Shown here one piece after another: positions 40,076 to 50,328 of a stretch of 64,000 nt of DNA. The DNA lies in NCBI GenBank assembly GCA_033854175.1, contig JAWOKN010000096.1:467-64466 (forward strand), in the 5' to 3' direction. The DNA comes from Bacteroidota bacterium. Lineage in GTDB: Bacteria > Bacteroidota > Ignavibacteria > UBA10030 > SZUA-254. A model generated the notes under the pieces. That model was not told the origin of the DNA and did not search any database. It saw only the letters and a program-made list of their open reading frames with translations. The stretch's first letter is position 1. The number at the start of each line of letters is the position of its first letter. A program made the translations under genes and the position numbers.

Positions 40076-43000
40076 ATGTGGCTGACACGATTAGCACTTC
40101 GCTATCCCATTTCGACCTTCTTGTTTGCGTTGACGATCCTTGTCCTTGGATTTGTTTCGTTCCGACAGCTCCCGGTAGATTTGCTTCCGAATATCACCGT
40201 CCCGGTTGTTAGTGTGATAACATTCTATTCCGGCGCCGGCCCATTGGACATGGAACAAGCTGTCACGGTATTCATTGAGCGAGGTGTCAGCTCTGTTAAT
40301 GATGCCAGTTATGTCCAGTCAAGCACGCGCGAGGGAATCTCACAGGTACGCGTCAATTTCAACTGGGATGCAAATCTTGATGTGGGCCTTGTCGATATTG
40401 TTCAGCGAGTCAATCGTGTCCTTAATCAGCTTCCGACGGGTGTCTCGCAGCCAATTGTTCTCCGGTTCGACATTACAAATCTACCGGTATGTAATATCGC
40501 TGTCTCGGGCAACATGGATCCCCGCGATCTGTACGATCTTGGCTTTAACGTAATTGAACCACAGATCGAACATATCGACGGTGTGGCATCTGCGCAAGTG
40601 CTGGGGGGGCGCATCCGAGAGATCCACGTAGTACTTGATCGCAGCAGACTGGAGGCGCTCCGGCTTCCTGTGTCAACCGTGCTTCTGGCAGTGGCGAATT
40701 CAAATCTCGTTCTTCCTTCCGGGGACCTCAAAACAGGGAAATTTGACTATTCTCTGCAAACGGAAAGCCGATTTAACGTTGTGAAACCAATGAATGACAT
40801 CGTTATCAAGACAGTCAATGATGTCCCGATTCGCATCAGAGATGTTGGCAGAGTTGAGGATAGTTATCAAGAAGAAACAGAGATCATTCGTATCAACGGG
40901 GAACCGGGCCTTACTCTGCGTGTACAGAAACTTGCGAATGCCAATACTATTGATGTCGTTGACAACGTTCTTCATGCGCTCCCGAAGCTTACGGGAATTC
41001 CACCGGGCGTGAAAATGACACTGTCATTTGATCAGTCGATGTATATACGTCAGACAATATCGGGTCTTCAGAGAGAGGCCCTCCTTGGTGCGGTGCTGGC
41101 GATGATCGTGATTCTCCTGTTCCTGAGAAACATGCGGGGAACCTTAATAATCATTGTGGCAATTCCCCTTTCTATACTTCTCGCGTTTATATGGTTCAGG
41201 TTCGGAAATGTCACCCTCAACATCATGACGTTCGGTGGTCTGGCACTTGCCGTGGGACGTCTTGTCGACGACTCCATTGTTGAGCTTGAGGCAATTTCCA
41301 GGCATTATAACCATCAGAAACCGAATGAAACACGCCTTGACGCGACGCTTGCAGCTGCGAAGGAAGTTGCTGCCCCAATTTTTATTTCCACGCTGACGAC
41401 CGTCATCGTATTTCTTCCGATTGTTTTCCTCACCGGCATTGCCAAACTGATGTTTATTCCCCTGACAATAACCATCACCGTCGCACTCTTCGGATCGTTT
41501 TTTGTATCCCGGACCGTAACTCCGCTCATGTGTCTCAATTTTCTTCCTCCGGAGAAGAAGCTCGACAGAACCTCCGTAAAATTGCCTGATCGTATTCGGG
41601 TCCGGGCACACGACCTCCTTGCGCAACTAGACGCGGTGTATTCGAAGAGGCTGCTCTGGACGCTGAAACACCGGAAGGTCGTTATTCTCTCGATTGTCGG
41701 CTTTGCCCTTCTTTCTCTTATTCTTGTGAAATTCATCGGAACGGAATTCTTTCCCGACCAGGACGAGGGGCAATTTACTATTACCGTAAAGTTGCCCGTC
41801 GGGACCCGAGTCGAGGTTACCGATCAATATATGCGCCAGATCGAGGATATTTTACAGAAGAATGTCCCTGAAATGCAGGCGATGATATCGGATGTCGGGA
41901 TACCATCGGCAAGAAGCGGAAATTTCTTCGCAAGGAACAGCGGAAGCCATTCCGGGAATATTCAGGTAGCTCTAGTTTCACCGGATCAGCGGAAACGTTC
42001 CATTTTTGAGATAATCTCGGCAATCCGCCCAAAAATGGCCGCACTTTCTGGGGCGAGCATCTTTATCAGTCCGAGTGGATTTTTACGGTTCCTCCTAAAC
42101 TTCGGCAGCTCAGCCCCCATCGATGTTGAGGTTCGCGGGTTTGATCTCGATCAGGGGACAAAACTTTCAAAAGAGATCCAGTCGATTGTGCAGGCAACAC
42201 CGGGGGCCACGGATGTCCAGGTGAGCCGCGAGGATAACCTCCCCGAGTTGCGTGTGAGGATCGACCGTGACAAAGCCGGCATGCTTGGAATTAACGTCGC
42301 CGACATCGCAAATACGATCACCACCTGCATCAACGGTTCGGTCGCTTCGCTGTACACTGATCCGGTGAGCGGCAACCAATACAATATCCTTGTTCGATTA
42401 AGTGAAGATTACCGTTCAAATATTGATGATCTTCGCAATGTTGTGCTCTCCACACAGGGCGGGCAACCTGTCGCCCTCGGCAATGTAGCCACAATCGAAC
42501 GAACAAATTCTCCCGTGCAGATCGACAGAAAGTACCAGCAGAGATTGATTGAGGTAACGGCAAATGTTGCCCCTGGATATGATCTGGGAGGGGTTGCGCA
42601 GGCGATCAAGGCTCGTCTTGATACGTTACCGATACCTCCCGGGTTTGAAACAAAAATGACCGGCAATGTCGAGCAGCAACAAGAAACATTCCGCGATCTC
42701 CTTCTTGCTTTTGGTCTGGCAATCTTACTTGTCTATGTTGTTATGGCTTCACAATTCCAATCACTTCTCGATCCGTTTATTATTATGTTCACGGTACCTC
42801 TCGGAATTGTTGGAGTCTTTTGGGCGTTGTTTCTTACCAGCACCACACTTTCGGTCACATCTTTCCAAGGGGTAATTGTTATGGTTGGGATTGTGGTGAG
42901 CAACGGCATTCTTCTCGTCGATTACACGAACCATCTACGGATGAGAGGGATTTCATTGGAAGATGCAATAGTGCGCGGTGGGGTCACCAGGTTGAAACCC

Positions 43001-43240
43001 ATTCTGATGACTTCACTTGCGACCGTTTTGGGACTAATACCAATGGCTATTGGACTGGGAGGGGAGTCAACGCAGGCGCCGCTCGCAATTGCTGTCATAG
43101 GTGGATTGACGGTGTCGACAGGCTTGACGCTCTTCTTCATACCGACACTCTATTATGTCTTCGAGCATAAATTTAAGCGTGAAATGAAATCAGTCGATGC
43201 ACATTCTGAACAACCGGAGGTCCTTGAGGATATCGCATGA
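40076..43240 (+). CDS. Efflux RND transporter permease (AcrB/HAE1 family).
   Basis: 1054 aa, 12-TM pseudo-symmetric RND architecture with two large periplasmic loops. Confidence 0.93.
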   Translation: MWLTRLALRYPISTFLFALTILVLGFVSFRQLPVDLLPNITVPVVSVITFYSGAGPLDMEQAVTVFIERGVSSVNDASYVQSSTREGISQVRVNFNWDANLDVGLVDIVQRVNRVLNQLPTGVSQPIVLRFDITNLPVCNIAVSGNMDPRDLYDLGFNVIEPQIEHIDGVASAQVLGGRIREIHVVLDRSRLEALRLPVSTVLLAVANSNLVLPSGDLKTGKFDYSLQTESRFNVVKPMNDIVIKTVNDVPIRIRDVGRVEDSYQEETEIIRINGEPGLTLRVQKLANANTIDVVDNVLHALPKLTGIPPGVKMTLSFDQSMYIRQTISGLQREALLGAVLAMIVILLFLRNMRGTLIIIVAIPLSILLAFIWFRFGNVTLNIMTFGGLALAVGRLVDDSIVELEAISRHYNHQKPNETRLDATLAAAKEVAAPIFISTLTTVIVFLPIVFLTGIAKLMFIPLTITITVALFGSFFVSRTVTPLMCLNFLPPEKKLDRTSVKLPDRIRVRAHDLLAQLDAVYSKRLLWTLKHRKVVILSIVGFALLSLILVKFIGTEFFPDQDEGQFTITVKLPVGTRVEVTDQYMRQIEDILQKNVPEMQAMISDVGIPSARSGNFFARNSGSHSGNIQVALVSPDQRKRSIFEIISAIRPKMAALSGASIFISPSGFLRFLLNFGSSAPIDVEVRGFDLDQGTKLSKEIQSIVQATPGATDVQVSREDNLPELRVRIDRDKAGMLGINVADIANTITTCINGSVASLYTDPVSGNQYNILVRLSEDYRSNIDDLRNVVLSTQGGQPVALGNVATIERTNSPVQIDRKYQQRLIEVTANVAPGYDLGGVAQAIKARLDTLPIPPGFETKMTGNVEQQQETFRDLLLAFGLAILLVYVVMASQFQSLLDPFIIMFTVPLGIVGVFWALFLTSTTLSVTSFQGVIVMVGIVVSNGILLVDYTNHLRMRGISLEDAIVRGGVTRLKPILMTSLATVLGLIPMAIGLGGESTQAPLAIAVIGGLTVSTGLTLFFIPTLYYVFEHKFKREMKSVDAHSEQPEVLEDIA

Positions 43241-44532
43241 TGTATCGTGTGTTGCTCTGTATCTTCTGCGAGGTCATCTTTGGACGGGTCACGGCAGACA
43301 CCCAGACGCAGGTATCGCTTGGAGATTCTTTAACGGTTGATCAGGCGGTCGCGCTGGCGCTTCAATACCATCCTTCACTTCGGGTGTCGAGAGGAAATTT
43401 GTCGGTTGCGCAGACAAACCTCACGATCGCACGGGCGAACGACCTTCCCTCGATTACTGCGACTGCCGGCGAGACGCACACCGACGGTGCATTCCTTCTT
43501 CGACCAGGAATCCCGCCGAGTAATCAGGCATATAATACCTACACTGCGGGGATACAGGCACAACAGACTATTCTCGACTTCGGAAAGATGGTCAGCAGGG
43601 TTCGTGCAAGTGATCATCTTGTGGACGCAGGGCAATATAGCGACGACTCAACACGAGCGGGGGTAATCATGAATACCGTCCTCGCTTACTACGCGCTGAT
43701 GCAGGCCGAACAGGTGGTTAACGTTAACGAGCAGAGTGTCGAAAGTGCCTCACAACATCTCAAGCAGGCGCAGGCATTCTACTCGGTGGGTAGAGCGGCA
43801 CAGTTCGATGTGACAAAAGCGGAGGTTGACCTTTCCAATGCGAAGGTCAATCTTATTACAGCCAGAAATCAGGTACAGATTGCACGTCTCCAACTTGATG
43901 ATGCAATGGGTGTGCGGACCCAGAGGACGTACAAGGTGATGCGTGACTTCGAAGTGGAACCGTTCAATCTTTCGTTGGATTCCGTAATATCGTTTACAAT
44001 ACGCAATCGTCCGGATCTCCTTGCTGCACAGGCGCGTGTCGAAGCGAATAATTCCTTGGTCACCGCAGCATGGAGCCAGCATCTGCCGACCGTCTCTGCC
44101 ACTGGTGCGTACAATTGGTCCAATTTTGCATTTCCCCTTCTCCATCGCTGGAGTGCGGGGGTGACGGTGACATTACCGATCTTTCTGGGGTTTTCGACGC
44201 AGGCGCAGGTTGATCAGGCAAACGCGGGTTTGGAGATCGCGCGAGGGAATCTCGATCTTCTTCAGCAATCTGTGATGCTGGAAACTGAACAACAATACCT
44301 GAATATCAGAGAAGCTGAAGAACGTATTGGATCCACTGACAAATTAGTTGAGGAGGCTCAGGAAAGCCTGACCCTGGCTGAGAAACAATACGCTGCCGGT
44401 GTGGGAAGTGCTCTTGAGGTAAGCGACGCACAACTTGCATTATCGAATGCCCGCATAACACGAATTCAGGCATTGTCGGATTACAACAGCTCGCTGGTTC
44501 GTTTGAAAAAGGCAATGGGTTTCTACAAATAG
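43237..44532 (+). CDS. TolC-family outer membrane efflux protein.
   Basis: 431 aa, signal peptide, duplicated coiled-coil/beta-strand TolC repeats. Overlaps the RND stop. Confidence 0.85.
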   Translation: MMYRVLLCIFCEVIFGRVTADTQTQVSLGDSLTVDQAVALALQYHPSLRVSRGNLSVAQTNLTIARANDLPSITATAGETHTDGAFLLRPGIPPSNQAYNTYTAGIQAQQTILDFGKMVSRVRASDHLVDAGQYSDDSTRAGVIMNTVLAYYALMQAEQVVNVNEQSVESASQHLKQAQAFYSVGRAAQFDVTKAEVDLSNAKVNLITARNQVQIARLQLDDAMGVRTQRTYKVMRDFEVEPFNLSLDSVISFTIRNRPDLLAAQARVEANNSLVTAAWSQHLPTVSATGAYNWSNFAFPLLHRWSAGVTVTLPIFLGFSTQAQVDQANAGLEIARGNLDLLQQSVMLETEQQYLNIREAEERIGSTDKLVEEAQESLTLAEKQYAAGVGSALEVSDAQLALSNARITRIQALSDYNSSLVRLKKAMGFYK

Positions 44533-44738
44533 TCATCAGGGTGCTTTGACATATCCGTTTTTCTGACGTCCCGACGTGTGTCAAAAGCGTCAATAATAAG
44601 AATATTTTGCCTCTTCTCGTTTCACTTTTGATATTCCTGCCCTTTAATTCCCAAAATTTTGCGGTATTCTAAATCTTGATTCTGGCTTAATTTATGATAT
44701 GACTACACCTTATCTGATGTCATATTCTAAAGGGTGAG

Positions 44739-44996
44739 ATGGGAAAACCAGCTGATAAAAAAGGTGTTGGGTCAGTCGTTATAACGGCGGAGCGATGTAA
44801 GGGATGCGGATTCTGTGTCAAATTTTGTCCGACAGATGCCCTTAAACTATCTGATCAGTACAATAATAAAGGCTATCATCCTCCTATTCTTCTCTCAGAA
44901 GAATTATGTAACGGGTGTAACATTTGCGGTTTGATGTGCCCCGATTTTGCGATCTATGGTTTTGTTTACAGAAAGAAACGTCATGCAGGAACTTAA
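44739..44996 (+). CDS. korD: 2-oxoacid:ferredoxin oxidoreductase delta subunit (2x[4Fe-4S] ferredoxin).
   Basis: Two CxxCxxCxxxCP motifs (CKGCGFCVKFCP and CNGCNICGLMCP) in 85 aa. Confidence 0.88.
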   Translation: MGKPADKKGVGSVVITAERCKGCGFCVKFCPTDALKLSDQYNNKGYHPPILLSEELCNGCNICGLMCPDFAIYGFVYRKKRHAGT

Positions 44997-46155
44997 GATA
45001 ACAGCAGATCCGGCCGGCGTGCTTACAGGTGCGCATTTTATTGACGGCGATCATGCCTGCTCTGAGGGGGCGATTGCGGCCGGGTGCCGGTTTGTCGCCG
45101 GATATCCGATCACACCTTCGACGGAGGTTGTGGAGCGGATTTCCGAACGATTCCCGTTTGTGGGGGGGATTTTTATCCAGATGGAGGATGAAATTGCTTC
45201 CTCTATTGCCATTCAGGGTGCGGTATGGGGAGGGAAGAAAGCGATGACCGTGACATCAGGGCCGGGATTTTCGTTGATGATGGAGCACATCGGTTACGCC
45301 GCGATGACAGAAACACCGTGTGTATTTGTGGATGTCCAGCGGGCAGGACCTTCGACGGGACTCCCAACCCAGCCGGCTCAGGGCGACATGATGCAGGCGC
45401 GATGGGGATCACACGGGGATTACGGGGTGATCGCTTTGTCGCCAAATTCACCCCAGGAATGTTTTAATCTAACGATTGAGGCGTTCAACCTATCGGAATT
45501 GTATCGTGTCCCGGTGATGTTTATGATGGATGAATGCGTCGGACACATGACGGAAAGAGTTGTTATACCATCGGCGGATCAAATCGAAGTGGTCCCCCGC
45601 CTCTACTATCAGGGCTTACGGGAGGAATTTTTACTCTACCGTACAAATGGCAATCTTGTTCCTCCAATGGTCAAAGCAGGGGAAGGATATAACATTCATG
45701 TGACGGGGTTGACTCACGATGAACGTGGTTATCCGAATATGACCGTTGCAGCCCAGGAAAAGCTTGTCCACCGGCTGGTGGATAAAATTCGCCTGAATGC
45801 AGAGAAAATCATCAAATACGAGGAAGACCAGATCGAGGGCGCAGAAACCGTTGTTGTCACATACGGCATTTCGTCGCGGACGGCGATTCCTGCTATTGAG
45901 CAGGCACGGAAGGAAGGAAAGAAGGTTGGACATCTCCGTCTAGTGGTTGTATGGCCCTTTCCAGAGAAACGGATACGCGAAATCGCACAAACAATAAAAC
46001 GATTTGTCGTCCCGGAGATAAATTACGGCCAGATTGTTTATGAAGTCGAACGATGTTCTGCCGGAAAAGCGGGGGTCCGCCTTGTTCCGCACGGGGGAGG
46101 ATCCGTGCATAATCCCCGGGATATTTATCAAGCTATAGTTCATGAGAAAGGATGA
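44983..46155 (+). CDS. korA: 2-oxoglutarate/2-oxoacid:ferredoxin oxidoreductase alpha subunit.
   Basis: Pyruvate-flavodoxin/ferredoxin oxidoreductase domain I-like sequence. Start set at MQELKIT, which overlaps the korD stop by 14 nt. Confidence 0.85.
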   Translation: MQELKITADPAGVLTGAHFIDGDHACSEGAIAAGCRFVAGYPITPSTEVVERISERFPFVGGIFIQMEDEIASSIAIQGAVWGGKKAMTVTSGPGFSLMMEHIGYAAMTETPCVFVDVQRAGPSTGLPTQPAQGDMMQARWGSHGDYGVIALSPNSPQECFNLTIEAFNLSELYRVPVMFMMDECVGHMTERVVIPSADQIEVVPRLYYQGLREEFLLYRTNGNLVPPMVKAGEGYNIHVTGLTHDERGYPNMTVAAQEKLVHRLVDKIRLNAEKIIKYEEDQIEGAETVVVTYGISSRTAIPAIEQARKEGKKVGHLRLVVVWPFPEKRIREIAQTIKRFVVPEINYGQIVYEVERCSAGKAGVRLVPHGGGSVHNPRDIYQAIVHEKG

Positions 46156-46161
46156 AATCAG

Positions 46162-47037
46162 GTGCCTGAAGAGCTGTATGATGTAGAGGCGTGTCCTCCC
46201 GGGAACACCGTGGAGTCATTTTTGCGGATGGATCGCATGCCACACATCTGGTGTCCGGGATGCGGAATCGGAACGACGGTAAATTGTTTTGCCCATGCAT
46301 TGGAGACGAGTGGACTCAATCTGAAAAAAGTTTCGGTTGTGTCGGGTATCGGCTGTACCGGCCGTGTTGCTGGGTACATCGATCTAGATTCATTTCATAC
46401 AACGCATGGTCGAGCCATTCCCTTTGCCACGGGTCTGAAGCTTGCCAATCCTGAACTGAAAGTCGTGGTCTACAGCGGCGACGGAGATCTGACGGCAATC
46501 GGAGGGAACCATTTCATTCATGCCTGCCGCCGCAATCTCGACATGACGGTCATCCTTGTTAATAATTTCATTTATGGGATGACAGGTGGTCAGGTTGCGC
46601 CTACAACACCGATGACGGCAACCGCCTCAACTGCCCCATTTGGGAATTTTGAACAACCTTTTAATCTGCCATACCTCGCAGAGTCAAGCGGTGCCGTGTA
46701 TGTTGCTCGATGGACAGCGTATCATGTACGCCACCTCACGAAATCGATAAAGGAGGCCCTGACAAAAAAAGGCTTTTCGTTTATTGAAGTCCTCGCTCCA
46801 TGTCCGACACTTTACAGCCGGAGGAATAAATTGGGAGATGGTCTCGATCAGATGGAATACTTCAAGGAAAACTCTGAAATACGGCATAATGCCGACACGA
46901 GAACGATCGGGATAGATTTTCAGGGCAAGATTGTTATCGGAAAATTTGTGGACAAGGAGCGCCCCACGTATCTTGACGCCATGAATGAATTCTACGAGAA
47001 AAAACTCGGTGACCGTTACACCCCCTATAAAGGATGA
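46162..47037 (+). CDS. korB: 2-oxoacid:ferredoxin oxidoreductase beta subunit (TPP-binding).
   Basis: TPP-binding GDGD motif (VVYSGDGDLTAIGGNH) and a conserved Cys cluster near the N-terminus. Confidence 0.88.
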   Translation: MPEELYDVEACPPGNTVESFLRMDRMPHIWCPGCGIGTTVNCFAHALETSGLNLKKVSVVSGIGCTGRVAGYIDLDSFHTTHGRAIPFATGLKLANPELKVVVYSGDGDLTAIGGNHFIHACRRNLDMTVILVNNFIYGMTGGQVAPTTPMTATASTAPFGNFEQPFNLPYLAESSGAVYVARWTAYHVRHLTKSIKEALTKKGFSFIEVLAPCPTLYSRRNKLGDGLDQMEYFKENSEIRHNADTRTIGIDFQGKIVIGKFVDKERPTYLDAMNEFYEKKLGDRYTPYKG

Positions 47038-47041
47038 AACA

Positions 47042-47614
47042 ATGGAACGAACGGAGATAAAGATCGGTGGATTCGGTGGGCAAGGGGTAATTCTCAGCGG
47101 GTACATTATTGGCCGGGCGGCATCGATCTTCGACGACAAACATGCGACAATGATACAGGCGTTTGGCCCGGAAGCACGGGGAAGCTCGTGCAGTGCACAA
47201 CTGATCGTGTCCTCTGAACCGATTGCGTATCCCTACATTACAACACCCAGTCTGATGATTGTTATGTCGCAAGAAGCGTATTCGAAATTTTCTCCTGAAC
47301 TGGGATCGGGCGGGATTCTCATAACGGAGGAAGACCTCGTCATAGCCCACGATCTCCGAAAGGATATCCGCCATTTCTCAATTCCTGCCACAAGAATCGC
47401 GGAAGAACTGGGGAAAAAGATTGTTGTCAATATCGTCATGATCGGTTTTGCAGCCGCGGTGACAGGGCTCATCTCCGCTCAGGCTATGCGGCGGGCTGTT
47501 TCTGTTTCAGTGCCGAAAGGAACGGAAGAGCTTAACCTCAAAGCATTTGACCGGGGCTATGAGTTCGGGTGTAAAGTGATTGAACACTCCAAGGTCAGGA
47601 TGGCTGCAAGTTAG
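47042..47614 (+). CDS. korC: 2-oxoacid:ferredoxin oxidoreductase gamma subunit.
   Basis: GFGGQG motif (IKIGGFGGQGVILSG) of the POR/KOR gamma family. Start set at MERTEIKIGG just after the korB stop. Confidence 0.85.
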   Translation: MERTEIKIGGFGGQGVILSGYIIGRAASIFDDKHATMIQAFGPEARGSSCSAQLIVSSEPIAYPYITTPSLMIVMSQEAYSKFSPELGSGGILITEEDLVIAHDLRKDIRHFSIPATRIAEELGKKIVVNIVMIGFAAAVTGLISAQAMRRAVSVSVPKGTEELNLKAFDRGYEFGCKVIEHSKVRMAAS

Positions 47615-47922
47615 TTTTCACCAATTCGTCTCCGAAATCCGCTGTCCTTTTTCCACTCTCACAGACATCTCTTGTCGTGTTACATCAGGCAGTGACTGGT
47701 CTCTGATTTCAGATCGATCGCACCACTCGACCGGTTGCACCCGAGCGGATCTTGTTCCATGAAGCCCAAGCAAAGATTCAGCATAATCCTGCTTGGGGGG
47801 GAGATACCCTTTTCCTTGCGCTTTGGTTTTTTCTTCAGGGAACTGATTTTGTCAGCTAATCTGACATATGCTAGATGGAGCCGTTTCTTGCATCACTGGC
47901 TATTTTATTTGTTATGCATGTT

Positions 47923-48483
47923 CTACTGTGGCCATAGCCAGCCGAATACGATCCCAGTTAAAAGTCCATAGATCAGACCGTCCACGGTGAGTTTGATTGA
48001 TGTGCCCCATGGTCTGTTGTACCAGATGGACATCTGCCAAAGAGCTAGGGTATATCCGACGAACGCGGTCGCTCCGGCAAAGCGGAAGGACCACAAAAAA
48101 GGTGTGCCAATCGTCAAGGCTCTTCCGGTTATATAAGCAGCGAAGATACTTACGACAATATTGTAGAAGAACCAGAGAATTAGTCCCTTAACCATCGAAA
48201 CCTGTCCTGCCGGCCATATGGTAATCATAAAGACCGGCCCTTTGTTCCTCTTCTCAATAAATTCAGGAGAACGCATCTCTTTCCTACTTGACGGCCGAGG
48301 GGCCATGTATTCACCGGGAGGAATGCTGAGGGCGCGAACGGTGTCCAAAACCTTATCCTCATTCGGTATTTTGGGGTAATCGTTTTTGTGCCAAGGGGAG
48401 GCCATGTGAATAAGTGAACTTACGATGAAGACAAACACCGATGATAGCAGAATCGGAAGCCAGAGCATGTGTAATCCTACCAT
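47923..48483 (-). CDS. Uncharacterised 4-TM membrane protein, paralog of the 49650-50225 gene.
   Basis: Start set at MVGLHMLWL, preceded by an AAGGAG ribosome-binding site. Shares motifs with its paralog: W-x2-HK, PNED, GP-x-FMI and a TM4 Asp (VDGLIYG). Confidence 0.65.
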   Translation of the reverse strand: MVGLHMLWLPILLSSVFVFIVSSLIHMASPWHKNDYPKIPNEDKVLDTVRALSIPPGEYMAPRPSSRKEMRSPEFIEKRNKGPVFMITIWPAGQVSMVKGLILWFFYNIVVSIFAAYITGRALTIGTPFLWSFRFAGATAFVGYTLALWQMSIWYNRPWGTSIKLTVDGLIYGLLTGIVFGWLWPQ

Positions 48484-48771
48484 AGTATTTCTCCTTAATG
48501 TTGGTTGAGCTGAATTGCATATAACCTTCCATGCAGCCACTAAGCCCCGGGTTGAACGGGGTGTCAAATGCAATCAATATGACGATGAGAGGTCAAAATA
48601 CATGAAATCCTTCTTCTCAAAGATCTTTAATGGATTGGTATCCCGTGTCATCCTGCCCTGTCTGTATTGTTTGTCATTGCCATGTCACCGATGCCCGATC
48701 ACCTTTGGAAATACAATATAGGATAGAGGCTGTGTTTGTGACGACGTAAACCAAAATAAGAGTATTGATCA

Positions 48772-49599
48772 TCAGGGTGATTTGATCGTTTGTTGAGTAA
48801 CCCCCGTTGTATAATCCAGTTCCGAACCAAGGAGACTATGGGGGATAAGATAGACAAGAAGTGTGACGATAGCAGCGGCAAGTGTCCATCGTACCGGTTT
48901 ACGTGACCTTTTCAGGGCTATCGCCGCGATGAGCCAGACGAGGACCATTGCTGCGGTTTTATCGTCGGTAAGGTCAGGTCCAAAAGGCCAGCCGGTCCAA
49001 TATGCTCCGAAGGCGTAATGCTGAACGAGAGGTCCCAAGATTAATCCACCCGTGACAAGAAATCCGAGGCTCCAATAGGTCAACATGGTCAAACGCGGTT
49101 CCTTTTTGAAGAATTCAAGACCTGCGCGTGTAGCGGTAAGCATTCCAAGGAACATCAGAACAATGTGAGCGCCGAGAAGTGTCGGGGGTAAATCTCCCTT
49201 GTATCGAATACTGACCGCATCATACGGCGGTAGGGCGATTGTGTCGGATCCTGCGTAAAGGATCACCCGATAAAGAAGTTTTCCGGATGGAGGTTGGCTA
49301 GGTAATTCGGCCGATAGTAATCCCCCGGAGTATGTCATGGGAACCGAGGACCATGGATCAAGTGATTTGTATCTTCGCCAGGTCAGTATGCCGCGCATCG
49401 ATCTATCTGCGATCTTGAGTTCTACATGATGATTTGTGCCGCCGCCATGAGACCGGTCGAAAACGTAATGAATTTTGATACCATGGAACATTTCTGTTCC
49501 GGATACTGGGTATGAGGGACCTGTCATCCGTTGAAACATTGCTGAAGTGCCGGTAATGATCAAGGCAATGATCCACAATGACAGACTATTTTTCATCAT
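48772..49599 (-). CDS. Uncharacterised membrane protein: signal/TM anchor, periplasmic domain of about 130 aa, and a C-terminal 4-TM bundle.
   Basis: 275-aa ORF. Hydrophobic N-terminus, beta-rich middle region and four C-terminal hydrophobic helices. Embedded between the two paralogs. Confidence 0.6.
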   Translation of the reverse strand: MMKNSLSLWIIALIITGTSAMFQRMTGPSYPVSGTEMFHGIKIHYVFDRSHGGGTNHHVELKIADRSMRGILTWRRYKSLDPWSSVPMTYSGGLLSAELPSQPPSGKLLYRVILYAGSDTIALPPYDAVSIRYKGDLPPTLLGAHIVLMFLGMLTATRAGLEFFKKEPRLTMLTYWSLGFLVTGGLILGPLVQHYAFGAYWTGWPFGPDLTDDKTAAMVLVWLIAAIALKRSRKPVRWTLAAAIVTLLVYLIPHSLLGSELDYTTGVTQQTIKSP

Positions 49600-49649
49600 A
49601 TCGATGTTGTTTCTTGTGATCCGGAGAAAAAAGGATATGTTTTAAAGAA

Positions 49650-50225
49650 TCATGGAATTGCAGGCTTTGGCGCCCTGATTAAGGCGGCGATTCCCATGCC
49701 AGCGAGTACCCAGCCGATTACATCATCGATGATGAGCCCGATCGTCCAGTCATTTGGTTCATTGAACCAATTCCACATCAGAAGATTGCCGGCAACAACG
49801 AGAAAGATTCCGAACATCCCGCAAAATGCGACACGGGCAAGGTATGATCCGTTGTATGCCGTACTGCGTGTCAGGAACCATACAACGAGGAACGAGGAAA
49901 TGATGCTAATAATCAGGCCATTGAACATCTGAAGCGGCATGAAAGGATTTTTCCCTTGGGGATCGTAAAAGATCATGCCGATTGGTCCTCGTTCAAATTT
50001 TGTTTTCCATTGCTCCTGTAGGGATGGATCAGATGGGTTTTGGGGCATTGACGGAAACTGAAAAACTCCCTTATATTGAACGGTAGACTGCAGGGCTGTT
50101 ATAACGGCGTCCTCGTTTGGAAGCGGATGTAGCGATGTTTTGTGAATGGGAAGAATTACCCACGAGAGGAATCCCCAAACAAACAACAGGACTCCTCCCA
50201 GAATACCGCCGATGATCATTTTCAT
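49650..50225 (-). CDS. Uncharacterised 4-TM membrane protein, paralog of the 47923-48483 gene.
   Basis: Start set at MKMIIGGILGG with a GGAG ribosome-binding site. Shares motifs with its paralog: WxxHK, PNED, GPIGMIFY and a TM4 Asp (IDDVIGW). Confidence 0.65.
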   Translation of the reverse strand: MKMIIGGILGGVLLFVWGFLSWVILPIHKTSLHPLPNEDAVITALQSTVQYKGVFQFPSMPQNPSDPSLQEQWKTKFERGPIGMIFYDPQGKNPFMPLQMFNGLIISIISSFLVVWFLTRSTAYNGSYLARVAFCGMFGIFLVVAGNLLMWNWFNEPNDWTIGLIIDDVIGWVLAGMGIAALIRAPKPAIP

Positions 50226-50328
50226 AGCCAGCTCCAATATGTTAGTGTGTCTGAATGCCCTACAATATAAGGATGATTTCAGAGAAGGGAAAGAATAAAT
50301 CATCGATCAAGGCGTAATCGGGTGCAAA

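Noticed and set aside
47765-47797. Hairpin CCCAAGCA-N17-TGCTTGGG after korC as a terminator.
   Set aside because: It is followed by a G-run and only a distant T-tract. It is plausible but too weak to list as a feature.
48515-48721. 68-aa plus-strand ORF in the 288-bp spacer between two genes of the membrane-protein operon.
   Set aside because: It is on the opposite strand to the operon, is Cys/Pro-rich low-complexity sequence, and shows no start or ribosome-binding-site context.
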